A stretch of DNA of 63,686 nucleotides, filler included, from Pseudovirgaria hyperparasitica (Eukaryota): the NCBI GenBank assembly GCA_010093815.1. It is 5 parts of 4 records of this genome, joined end to end, with 100 filler letters (N's around TTAATTAATTAA, not from the genome) between each part and the next. Parts side by side here need not be neighbours in the genome. Positions count along the whole stretch, not along the records: positions 1 to 23,750 come from ML996604.1; positions 23,851 to 41,244 come from ML996606.1; 3 more parts are not named here. The stretch is one strand, 5' to 3'. A program made the translations under genes and the position numbers. The notes below the pieces were generated by a model. That model saw only the letters and a program-made list of their open reading frames with translations, did no database searches and was not told where the DNA came from. Of this stretch, positions 11,956 through 24,620 are shown in pieces. Every line of letters begins with the position of its first letter. The first letter of the stretch is position 1.

Positions 11956-13253
11956 GATAGCGGTATTATAATATATAAAGACATAGAAGTTAATTAGTAT
12001 AGTATATAACTAGACTTATATATTAGGGCTACTTAGTTACGGCTTCTTAGTAAGTATACCTCTATATCTATTTTAGATATAGTTATAATATTCTACTAGG
12101 TAGATAGTTTAGCTCTATTAAAGATCTATTAAGGGTATTTCTATTATATCTACTCTAGTATAGATACGCTATTAGATAATATAGCGCTACTAGGTACGTT
12201 AACTAGTACCTACTAATTATAAAATAAATATAATTCTATATCTATTATAAGCCCCGGCCTAATAATATAGGCTTCCTTTAGTTATCTCCTTTATACTTTT
12301 AAAACTACTTCTAGTCTTTATATTAGAAGATATTACTATCTAAAGAGAAAATATAAAAAAACATACGCCCTAATTAAAGCCTCTACCTTTAGACTTTAAC
12401 TATAATATATATAGGGAAAAACCTTCCTATACCCTAAGGGACTAAAACTAGTTAATTCGGGGCGATATAGCGATCTATAAACATTAATTAATAGAGTATA
12501 CTAAGTATAATAACTTCTAACATATATACGTACATATAGCGTATAATACACGACGGTACTAATATATAGAGATACTATATATATATACTTAAAAACTCTT
12601 TAGAGTAATAAGCACGGACTACCGCTAATAAACGCCGACATGCTAACCCCCTTTATTAGTTAAGGGTAGCCCTTATCTAATAATTATAGCGGCCTTAGGC
12701 ACCGCCATACCCCGGCTCTTACTAGGTATACCTCTACTACTAGTATAGTAGAAACGGCTATATAGTGGTATATTCTAGGACGACCAAACTACTATTCTAA
12801 AAGTAAAAAACGCCTAGAGATATAAAGTACTATAGATAACTAAGAAAAACTTCTCACACCCCAACGGACCAAACTGGTTAATTCGGGGCAAAACAGCGAT
12901 TTATATACATTAAACGATAGAGCACACCGAGTACAACAACCTCCGACACACGTACGTACGTGTAGCGTATAATATACGACGATACTAACGTGTAGAGACA
13001 CTATATATACGCTCGAAGACTCTTTAACAACACGAGTATAGACCATATCTAATAAACGCCGACACGCCGACCCCCTTTTATTAGTTAAGGGCTACCCTTA
13101 ACTAATAACCATGGCGGCCTTAGGCATCGTAATACCCCGGCATACGCCGGATATACCCCCACTAGTATAGTAGAAACGGCTATATAGCGACATTAATATA
13201 GATAGCTAGACACCTATCTAAAATATAGGAACTAACTAAGGGTGCGAAGCGCT

Positions 13254-14562
13254 ATAGATAACCTAGACCGAGGGGACCCTAAGAGGGGAGACCCTTCTAG
13301 ATAAAATCAAATACTAGGTAACATATATAGAGAGGAACGCCGAGGAGGGAAAGAAGACCCTCCTTTATATATTCTAGGACCTTATCCGGAACCTAAGAGA
13401 AATCATAGAGGAAGAAAGGAAGTCGCTACGAGAGGAACCTAGTAGTAGGCTCGACCGAATGGAAGCCAGCCTACGGAGAATCTAGAAAGAGCTATTCTAA
13501 GGTAAGCGCCCTAATACGGGGGCTTAGATTATAGTAATACCCGGAGCCACCGCACTAAGGACCACTAGAACTATAGATAGAGTATATAGTATACGTATCG
13601 TAATCTAGAATAAGGACACGCTGGCGTAGGTCTAATAGGCATCCCTAAAGGAAATTATAAATAAGATTAACGAATAGAAAGGAATGTAGTCGAGCGTCGT
13701 AGCTACTAAAGTTACACTAGGTGGGGTAGTACTTACTACTATAACGAATACTACGTAGTAAAACATCTCGCGAGATCCGAACGCGATAGGTAGTATCTTC
13801 CCCGGCACGTCCATTAGGGCAGCTATATACCCGATTATAGTATACGCAGTACCCGTGCGGGGACAGGCTATTAGAGCGGAGGATATTACGCGCATAGAAC
13901 AATCCAACACGCGAAAATACCTAGGGATTAAGATCGTGAAAGCGTGGTAGAAGAACCCATAGGCGATTAAGACGACGGTAAAAAAACACTCTACTATAAT
14001 TATAGAGCTCCGAGACCCTACCCTCGCATAATACATTATATAGAAGGGATTCCTAGTAGAAGGAGAGCTCCTTATGGCCGAGCCATAGGATAGAGCATGG
14101 GTAATAACATAGTACTTTAACTATTAAGGGTATAGATACACTATACAAAGGTACTTATAGAAGACCAAGTGCGGATAGTACCGTGGGGACCACGCTACCT
14201 AGGAGTGCCCTCATGAACCGCGAGGAGACGGACTAAGAAATAGGGACATAGTATAGTGTTTAAACTGCGACGGGAAACACCTGTCGTGGTCGTTAACGTG
14301 TATAAAACGTAAACAGGTCATAGAATACATTCGCACGATAAAAGTAAGAGGCGCGAGATGGTTATAGAACATGACATCTACCACGGGCCCTTCCTTTATA
14401 ACACCCCTAACCTCCCCTCCGGAAGGTAGTTAGGCGGGATAGTAGACTATCCTAAAGACGATAGGACGACTAAAAGGTATAGTTAAAGCCGCTACCGCGC
14501 GAGGATAGTCGCGCCTCTAAGGAATAAGCATATAGATATATATACTTTCTAGTACCTAATAA
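13254..14562 (+). pseudogene. LINE ORF1 (gag-like, three CCHC knuckles), RIP stops
   Basis: Knuckle remnants tactttaactattaagggtatagatac (C-F-N-C-Q-G-Y-G-H), tgcggatagtaccgtggggaccacgct and aactgcgacgggaaacac. The stop overlaps the ORF2 start. Boundaries are approximate. Confidence 0.8.
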
Positions 14563-17500
14563 GGGACTAGAATATACTCCAAATTATATAGATAAACGTA
14601 TAATATAAAAGAGAGAACTAGGCGACGCTCCTCGAAGAGACTGGGGCCATAATACTCGCCATCTAGGAACCCTATAAACACTACTAGACGAGCAAACCAA
14701 CTATACACCCCGGATACCATACTATATACCCTCTAGGACTAGAAAGACGAGTCCTCTTCTACATTTATAGGTTAATACCACTCTTATTATGGTCGTATAC
14801 CGAGCGCGATAACCTTAGGATAATACTACACCTATAAACAGATATAGGCCCCCTATATATATATAATATATATAACTAATAACGTGTACTTATACTAGAC
14901 GAGATGCTCGAGGGTACCACGGAACCAGGGTAACACATTCTCCTAGGAGACTTTAACCTCTACCACTAATAGTAGGGAGGCCTAGCCGTGGTTAGGGAAG
15001 AACTTAGAGTAAGGGAACTACGCACCCGCTACCACGACTTCCTATACCTACTCACACCTATAGGATAAGTCATATAGAAAAAACATAAATAGGACGAAGA
15101 CGGGTCCACGCTTAACCTTACCTTCGCCACGGAGTATATTAGTTACCGGATCCAATACTACCGCCTAGGCTAGGTATAGACGGATTCCGACCACGAATGC
15201 ATAGAAACCGCAATAAACGTGCATACCCCGAATGAATAACGGGGACGATAGATATGGAAGGACACCGACTAGGAAAAGTACCTAAAGGACCTGGAATCGG
15301 CGATCCTAGATCCCTCTATAGTTAATGTATCTAACGACCTAGCCATAGACCAGGCCGTATAGACACTCCTATAAATATACTAGAATACGAGAAATAAACA
15401 CGTACTATACCGAATATACCGGCCCCCGGAAGCAAAGGGGATTCCTCGAGTACGGGAAAGTAGATAAGACGCCCGAAGGCTATATACACGCGTATACCGT
15501 ATAAGAATACCCGAGTCATAGGAAGAATAGAAGGAAGCGATACGATAACGCGATAAAGTCCTCTATAACGAAAGGCGTAAATAGTAGCGTATAATTACTA
15601 GTTAATAGACACGATACGTAATAGGGCTATAGCGTATAGCGAAATGGGCCAAGGGCGTAGACACTCTAACACCCCCGCCACTTATACCTCCCCTAATACA
15701 TTAGAGGAGAATATACTTCACGAGCCTTAAGAAAACTAAGGCCCTACGGGAGGCCATGTTCCCTCTCCCGGAACTAGTAGACCTATTAGACGTTTATGGC
15801 GCTAAATATCTATACACGGTAGACATCCCCGAAGAAGTTACGGAGAAGGATATACTTAATATTATTAAGACACTCCCAAATAATAAAGCACCTAGACCAG
15901 ATGGAATTCCAAATCGATGCCTAAAAAGTACTATAAAAGCGACCCTACCGCTTATTACTCGTATATTCCAAGCATACGTCACGTAGGGGTACCACCCCTA
16001 GTGCTTCCGAGTCGCCTATACTATTATACTCCCGAAACTAGGAAAGAGCCCTAACTCCCTAAAGGGATGGAGACCAATCGCCCTTCTCTTCTACCTAGGT
16101 AAGATACTAGAGGCCACGATAGCGAAGAAGATGAGCACCGCGGTATAGGAATATAATCTTCTCCCTCCGAACTAGAAGGCAAAGATAGATAGCTCCCTAA
16201 TAATAGCTATCTAATATATTATCGAAGTCGTCTAGGCCGTATAGAAACAGGGACGGGTAGTATCGCTCCTCTCCCTCGATATGGCCGGAGCGTTTAATAA
16301 GGTAAACCATATAAGACTTATTCATAACCTCCGGATAAGACGAATACTAGAATAGATTACACGCTTTATATAGTCATTCCTCATAGGAAGAACAACTTAG
16401 ATATATATCCCTAGGTACCAGAGCGAATACAAAGAGACGGTATACGGTATCCTATAAGGGAGCACCATCTCTCCGATCCTATTCCTCTTCTTTACGGTAG
16501 ACCTTCTTTAAGGAATAAAGTATATAGAGGTAGTCGGATACGCCGATGATATATACCTTCTAGCCATTAATAATAATACTAACCGAACGTATAGACGACT
16601 AGAACAGGACTACGAGAGGTACCTCTAGTAGGTAAAACGCCACGGAGTAAAGTTCGCCCTAGAGAAATACTAGCTCATGCACTTTATTAATCATTAAGGG
16701 AAATAGATAACTAGGGAAGGCGAACGACGCCCCCGAATCGACGCATTTAACGAACTACTAGTATAAAGCATGCGCGCGCTCGGAGTTATACTAGATAGTA
16801 AGCTTAAATGGGGACCATAAGTGGTATACACCGTCTCTAGGGCCCTCTAGATAGAAGCCGCTATACGACGGATTATAGTCTCTATATAGGGAACCGCCCG
16901 GGATAAGGCACGCTAGCTATATATATCTATAGTACGACCCGCCTTCACGTACGGACACGAGTGCTAGTATACGGCCCTTATATAGACTAGGCGAATAAAG
17001 CTCGAATCCATATAGAACCGCATACTCCGTCTTATATTAGGCGTATATAAAGCTACTAACACGGTGCTACTACGACGCGAGACAGACGTCACAAGTATAC
17101 ATAACTTCTACTAGACATAGAGGGTGGTATACTTCACTAAATAATAAGTATAGGAACGTATAGAAAACGTAGAACATACTTTCGCCGCGCTACGCGCACG
17201 AATTAGTATACATTACCGCGTACTCCTACACACAGGCCGGAATCGAATACGGTACAGGTGCTTAATAGAAGCCGACTCTAGCTAAGTAGTATAAGAAGTC
17301 CGAGATAACCCGGACGCTCTTCTAGACCGGTAGAGTCTTTAAGAACTCGTGAAAAATATACGGTCGTGGACTTAAGATAAGTAGAAAGAGGCACTCTATG
17401 CCTACTAGACCTTCTAGTAGGATAGGTACCTAGAGTAGATTCGAGGGCCATGGAAGGAACCGAGTAAATGGATGTATAAAGGGCTAACGAAAGCCTAAGT

Positions 17501-17860
17501 ATCTATACTCATCCAAGCCCGAACGGGCGCCATGGGACTCCTATACTATATCTATAAGAGAGGCGTTCCCGACACCTCCCTATGGTATAAGGCGTACGGC
17601 CGGAGAGGTATAATACGCCACTATCTAGCTATATGCTCTAACCTCTATATATAACGGTAATAGCTTATCCACGTTACGAAGACTTTAGATATCGTACAAT
17701 AGCTTAATAAGTACCCTAAGGATGTCTCCCGATGGATGCTTACATATCTACTACTCCCCTAGTACTAGTGGACCCGGAAATATATACCGGAAGAGACCCG
17801 GCATACGCTGGTAGTAACCCGACATATACCGGAAGAACCCCGGGAGAACTCTAATTATTA
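14559..17860 (+). pseudogene. LINE ORF2 (AP endonuclease + reverse transcriptase), RIP stops
   Basis: Motifs I*EP, LGDFNL, DSDH, KAPRPDGIPN (in ORF 15756..15986), WRPIALL, LLSLDMAGAF, GIL*GSTISPILF and GYADDI (~16537). Confidence 0.9.
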
Positions 17861-18105
17861 GTCGAGGGTAGCCCTTAACTAATAACCTCCGCACCTACAC
17901 GTGCTACCTAAGGGTAAAACAACGGTAACATAGGCTATAGACTAATAGGCGTACCCTATAGCTATATACTCAAGACGAAACAGAGGTTCAATGAGATATA
18001 GTTATAGACATAAGGAAGTTTTTCCCTATGGGGTTCCTTCTTACATAGTGGCTTAGACTAGAGAAGGCATAGGCCTATAGAGTACTACTCTACCTAGTTA
18101 TACAA

Positions 18106-18136
<31 letters not shown>

Positions 18137-21100
18137 GATAACTAAGATAGAGAGGACTCTACTCGCGGACACCCTCGTAGATAAGATTAAATACTAGGTA
18201 GCACGTATAGAGAGGGAGGTCGAGAGAGAAGAGACTACCCTCCTTAATATCTTCTAGAGCCTAGTCTAGAATATTAAGAGGCTTACTATAGAAGTAAAAT
18301 AGATACCGGAAGTAAGCCCGGAGTCTAGGCTAGACTAAATTAAGGCTAGTCTACTAAGAATCTAGGAAGGCCTTACCTAGAAGAAATATCTAACTACCTA
18401 GGCATAAGTCGTAGCACCATTAGGTAGCATAACTAGGATAACCTAAATACTAAGAATATCTATAGGAGAAGCATATAGCGTACGGATCGCTATCTAGGAT
18501 AAGAAAGTCCTTATATAGGTCTAGAAGGTATCTCTAAAGGACATTATTAATAAGATTAATAAATAAAAAGGGATATAGTTAAATGTAGTCGTAGCTAAAC
18601 TTACCCTAGAAGGTATAGTACTAACTACTACTACTAATATAGCCTAGTAGACTATCTCCCGTAACCCGAACGCGATTAATAATATCTTCTCTAGCGCCTC
18701 TGTCCACGCTAACACGTACCCGATATAGATATATATAGTCCCTATCCGGGGACATGTTATCGGCGCTAATAATATCGAGCGAATAGAATAATCCAATAAC
18801 CGGAAGTACCCTAGAATTAAGATCGTAAAGGCATGGTAGAAGAACGTATAAGGGATTAAGGTAAAATTAAAAAAGCACTCTACTATAATAGTAGAGCTCC
18901 GAGACCCCGCCCTCGTCTATTAGATTATATAGAAGGGCTTCTTAGCTAAGAGGGAGTTACTTATAGTAGAACCATAGAATAGGGCTTAGATAATAACCTA
19001 ATACTTTAACTATTAGGGATACGGATATATAGGGTAGAGGTACTCTTAGAAGGCTATCTACGGATAGTACCGATAGGGCCATAGTACCTAGAAATACCTA
19101 TATAAAGCCTAAGGGGAATATATACATAATAAAGATACTACTAAGTACTCTAACTACGATAGGAATTACCTATTATAGTTAGCGATATATATAAAACGTA
19201 AATAAATCGCTAAGTATATTAATACTATAAAGGCGAGAGGAGCGAGGTAGATATAATAGACTATAAGGCCTCTACTATCTACTCTAACTATACCCGTAAA
19301 CGCACTAACCAACTTATAAGAAGGCGGGTCTAATATATAATAGCATACTATATAGAGAAAGATAGGGCGACCCTAGGGTATTCTTAAGGCAGCTACCGCG
19401 TAGAGATAGTCACGCCTTAACGCTACTAGTATATAGGCTTAAGCGTTCCCTAGCACCTAATAAGGAGCTAAGATATACTTATTATTATATAGGCGAACGT
19501 ATAATATAAACGAGAAAACCAGGCCACGCTCCTAGAAGAGATAGATACCGTAATAATAGCTATCTAGAAGCTATATAAACACTACTAAACCGATAAACTA
19601 ACAACACACCTAGGATACTATACTATCTACCCCCCGGACCTAGATAGGAGAGTCCTATTCTATATATATAAATCTATCCCGCTCTTAGAATAGTCCTATA
19701 TAGAACGGGATAATCTCCGGATAATACTATACCTCTAGATAGAAATAGGGCCTCTCTATATATATAATATCTATAACTAGAGAGAATTACTTACGCCGGA
19801 CGCTATACTAGAGAGTATCACGGAACTAGAATAATATATCCTTCTAGGCGACTTTAACCTCTACTATAGATAGTAGGGAGGCCCGATAGTCCTTAGGGAA
19901 GAGCTTAGAGTAAGGGAATTATATACGAGGTGCTATAACCTTCTATACCTCCTTACGCTAGTTAGATAAACCATATAGAGGAAATATAAGGAGGATAAGG
20001 AGGGATCTATACTCGACCTTACCCTCGCCATAGAATATATAAGCCATAGAGTATAATATTACTACTCTAGTAAGACGTAGATAGACTCTAACTATAAATA
20101 TATAGAGACCGTAATAGATATATCTATATCTAACGAATAATGGGGGAGATAGCTATAGAAAGACACTAACTAGAAGAAGTATAGGGAGGACCTAGGATCG
20201 GCGATTCTAGACCCCTCTATAGTTAACGTATCTAATAGCCCGACTATAGATAGGGCCGTATAAGTCCTTCTTTAAGCCTTCTAAAACTTAAGAGATAAAC
20301 ACGTGCCGTACTAAACGTATAAGCCCCTAGACGTAAGGGGTATACCTTAAATACGTGAAAGTAGAAGGGAAGCCCGGAGACTATATATACGCGTATACTA
20401 TATCTAGATAACTAAGATATAGAAGAAATAGAAAGAGGTAATCCGATCTTATAATAGGACCCTCCGTAATAAATAACGTAAATAATAGTATATAATTACT
20501 AATAAATACACACGCCAGGCCGTAGAACTATAGTATATAGTAAAGTAGGCTAAGAGCGTAGACGTACCGACGCTACTACCACTAATACCTCCCTTAATAT
20601 ACTAGGGAAGGATATATACCACGAGCCCCGAAAAGATAGAGATCCTCTAAGAAGTTATATTTCCCCCCCTAGAGCTAGTAGACCTATTAGATATTAATAA
20701 TAATATATATCTAGACACGGTTAATATTCCCGTAGAGATTACGGTAGAAGATATACTCGACGCTATTAAAACACTCCCGAATAATAAAGCGCCCGGACTA
20801 GATAGAATACCGAATAGATGCCTTAAATATACTATATAGGTGACCTTACCACTTATTAGTCTTATCTTCTAGGTATACGCTAAGAACGGGTACCACCCCT
20901 AAAGCTTCTAGACCGCCTATACTATTATACTCCTAAAGCTAGGGAAGAACCCTAACTCCCTAAAAGGATAGAGACTAATTACCCTTCTCTTCTATCTTAG
21001 TAAGATACTTAAGGCTACGATCGCGAAGAAGATAAGTACCGTAGTATAAGAATATAACCTCCTTCTAGCAAACTAGAAGATAAAGACCGGGAGCTCTCTA

Positions 21101-23750
21101 ATTACCGCTATCTAATATATCCTCGAAGTTATCTAGACTATATAGAAGTAGGGACGCGTAGTAATACTACTCTCCTTTAATATAGCCGGTATATTTAATA
21201 AGGTAAACTATATAAGACTTATCTATAATCTATAGAAGAGACGTATACCCGAATAGATTACAAAGTTTATATAGTTCTTCCTCGCCGAAAGAATTACCTA
21301 GATATATATCTCTAGATATTAAAGTAAATATAAGAAGATAATATATAGTATTCTATAAGGAAGTACTATCTCTCCGATCCTCTTTCTCTTCTTTACCATA
21401 GACCTTCTATAGGGGATATAGTATATAGAGATAGTAGAATACGCTAATAATATATACCTCCTAGCTATTAATAATAATACTAGTTTAATATATAAACGCC
21501 TTAAATAAGACCATGAGAGATATATCTAGTAGGTAAAGTACTACGGAGTAAAGTTCGCCCCTAAGAAATACTAACTTATATACTTTATTAACCGCCGTAG
21601 GAAATAGACTACTAAGGAAGGAGAGTAACGTTCTAGAATAGATACTTTTAATAAACCGCCGACATAGAGTATATATATACTTAGCGTTATAATTAATAAT
21701 AAACTTAAATAGAGCCTATAGATTGTATATATAGTATCTAGGGCCCTTAAGATAGAAGCCGCTATACACCGGATTACGGCCTCCATATAGGGAACCGCCT
21801 AGGATAAGGCGCGCTAGCTATATATCTCTATAGTACGACCCGCCTTCACGTACGGACACGAGTACTAGTATATAGCCCTTATATAGGCTAGGTAAATAAA
21901 GCTCGAGTCTATATAGAACCGTATACTCCGCCTTATATCTAGCGTATATAAAGCTACTAATATAGTACTACTACGGCGCAAGATAAACGTAATAAGTATA
22001 TAAGACTTCTACTAGATATAGAGGGTAATATACTTTACTAAATAATAAGTATAGGAATACGTAGGATACGCCGAATATATCTTCGCCGCGCTATATATAT
22101 AAGTTAATATCTACTACTAAGTACTACTATATATAGACTAGACTTAACTATAATATAAGAGTCTAATAGAGACGGACTTAAACTAAATTATATAGAAGAT
22201 CAGGGATAACCCGGATGTCTCCCTAGACCGGTAGAACCCTTAGGAGCTTATACGGGCTATATAGTCGTAGACCTAGAATAAATAGAAGGAAGTCCTCCGG
22301 ACCTGTTAGACATTCTAATAGAATAGGTATCTAGAATAGATCCGGGGACTATAGAAGAAACCGAGTAGATAGATATACAAGGGGCTTACGAAAGCCTAAG
22401 TATCTATCCTCCTCTAAGCCTAAATAGAAGCTATAGGACTTCTATACTACTTATACTAGAGGGGCGTCCTAGACGCGTCTCTATAGTATAAAGTATACGG
22501 CCGGAGAGATATAATATAGTACTATCTTACGATATACCCGGACCTCTATACGTAGAGATAATCGCTTATCTATACGATAAGGACCTTTAATATCACGTGG
22601 TAGCTTAATAAGTACCCTAAGGAGATCGCCTAATAGATACTTATATACCTCTCTCTCCCCTAATACTAATAGACCCGGATATATATACCGGAAGTAACTA
22701 GGTATATACTAGATAGACCCCGATATACGCCGGAAGAACCCTAGGAGAACCCCGATTATTAGTTAAGGGCGACTCTTAACTAATAACCCCCGTACTCTAT
22801 ACGTGCTACCTAAGGGTAAAACGATAGTACTATAGGTTATAGGTCTATAGATATTCCTAACGGCTATATACTTAAGATAACACGAAGGTTTCACGAGATG
22901 TAGTTATAGAGAGAAGGGAGTTTTTCCTTATATAAAGGTTTCTTCTTATATAATAGCTTAGACTAAAGGAGGTATATACCTATAGAGTAAACTACTCTAT
23001 CTAGTTATATAATATTATTATTATTATTATAATATATATAGAATATAGTAAACCTAAATATCGCGTACTTTAAAAGCATAGAAGGATATAATACTTAAAT
23101 ATAATAAAATATAGGCTTATAATACTCGGAGAGTATCTAGGGATAAGTATATGAATATAAAATAGAATAAGACTAACGCGGTACCTTATATATATATAGC
23201 TATATACTATTCTAGACGTAGTTACCTACGATATAATATTATAAGATAAGAATTATAGCTATCTAATTCTATTAAGGGTATTAGATAATATAAAGTAAAT
23301 AACTATACGTCTAACCATGCTACGCTAAGTTACGTACGTATTATAAACGTATATTTAAGGAATAATAAGAATATAAACGAGTTTCACCTGGTAGATACCT
23401 TATTATTCTAGCTTCTACCTCTATTATCTAATCTATATCTCTATCTTTCTTACGTCTATAATATACTACGTATATACTATATAATTAGTCTATAAATTAT
23501 AAATACTATATTAACTACGTACGTTAACTATATATAATTAATATATTAAATCCGATTCTATAATAAAGTAACCGTCTAAATATAGTAATTACTATAGTAC
23601 TACTTTATATCTTAAGCCTAGATATATAAGTAAAGCGTAAAGCTATAGAGGCGCGTATAAGGTAGCTATATATAGAAGTATATATAGCTACTCTACTTAT
23701 AGACTATAGGTATTAAACTAAGAATAAGCTTAGTATAAAAAGAGTATATA

Positions 23751-23850
23751 NNNNNNNNNNNNNNNNNNNNNNNNNNNNNNNNNNNNNNNNNNNNTTAATT
23801 AATTAANNNNNNNNNNNNNNNNNNNNNNNNNNNNNNNNNNNNNNNNNNNN
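23751..23850. other. Artificial contig spacer (N run - TTAATTAATTAA - N run); same spacer at 41245-41344, 53614-53713 and 61360-61459
   Basis: An identical 100-nt structure with stop codons in all six frames occurs four times. Confidence 0.95.
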
Positions 23851-23990
23851 ATGAGGGTATGAGGGTATGAGGGTATGAGGGTATGAGGGTATGAGGGTAT
23901 GAGGGTATGAGGGTATGAGGGTATGAGGGTATGAGGGTATGAGGGCATGAGGGCATGGGGGCGTGGGGGAATGAGGGAATGAGGGTATCA
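23851..23990 (+). repeat. Tandem 8-mer (ATGAGGGT)n, about 11-12 perfect copies then degenerating
   Basis: Directly visible at the contig start. Confidence 0.95.
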
Positions 23991-24049
23991 GGGCATTGAA
24001 AGAGTAAGTCCTGTATGTCTATCTTACACCCGCGTGTCGAGTTTTGATT

Positions 24050-24620
24050 GGTCTGACTGGCTGAATTGAGTTGAGTTGAATTGAATTGGATTGAATTGGA
24101 CTAATTGGATTGAGTTGAACTGGATTGAGTTGAACTGGATTGAGTTGAACTGAACTGAACTGGCTGGCTGATTAAACTGACTGGCTGGCTGGCTAGGCTG
24201 AACTGGCTGAATTGACTGACTGGATTGGATTACTGGCTGACTGCTTGATTTAACCTGAACCAACGGACTAAATTGACTAAACTGGCTGAATGACGGACTG
24301 AATTAGGCTGACTGATTGAACTGGACTGACTGAACTGGACTGACTGAACTGACTGGATGGCTGGACTGAACTGAACTAAACTAAACTGACTGAATTGGCT
24401 GGCTGGTTAACTGGCTGGCTGACTGACGGAGTTGGATTGGGTGTATTAAGCTGGCTGGCTGGCTGAGTTGGGTGTAATGAGTAAACTGGATTGAACCGAA
24501 CCGAACTGAACTGAACTGAACTGAACTGAACTGAATGAACTGAATGAACTGAATGAACTGAATGAACTGAATGAACTGAATGAACTGAATGAACTGAATG
24601 AACTGAATGAACTGAATGAA
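24050..24620 (+). repeat. Compound microsatellite/low-complexity tract: (TGAAC)n, (GAACTGAAT)n, (GGCT)n
   Basis: Directly visible. It produces the low-complexity ORFs 24024..24263 and the 3' end of 24446..24961. Confidence 0.9.

Larger units (their letters stand above)
12846..18132 (+). mobile_element. Inner Tad1-like LINE, full length, moderately RIPped
   Basis: 15-nt TSD tatagataactaaga at 12831-12845 and 18133-18147, with a (TAT)n tail at ~18107-18132. The 5' UTR is homologous to that of the outer element. Confidence 0.93.
12415..23027 (+). mobile_element. Outer Tad1-like LINE (non-LTR retrotransposon), full length, heavily RIPped, interrupted by the inner LINE
   Basis: 14-nt TSD tataatatatatag at 12401-12414 and 23028-23041, with a (TAT)n tail. 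ORF1 continues at ~18148-19460 with three zinc-knuckle remnants. ORF2 spans ~19460-22760 with APE motifs (LGDFNL, DSNY/DSDH) and RT motifs (KAPGLD, RLITLL, YANNI = YADD). Confidence 0.92.

Noticed and set aside
13102..13180. Hammerhead ribozyme in the LINE 5' UTR (de-RIPped CTGATGA ... GAAAC)
   Set aside because: CTGATGA is only inferred by reversing RIP and is sequestered in the palindrome arm. I could not build stems I-III with correct spacing. An un-RIPped copy would be needed to test it.
12840..21786. Minus-strand ORFs within the LINEs
   Set aside because: These are antisense shadows of the RIPped ORF1, ORF2 and UTR sequence.
23751..23850. TTAATTAATTAA palindrome repeated four times in the window
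   Set aside because: It is always centred in N runs of the same total length, so it is an artificial six-frame-stop contig linker.
23851..23990. (ATGAGGGT)n as a telomere
   Set aside because: It is not the TTAGGG repeat expected in filamentous ascomycetes. The G-rich strand also points into the contig rather than toward the end. Treated as a minisatellite.
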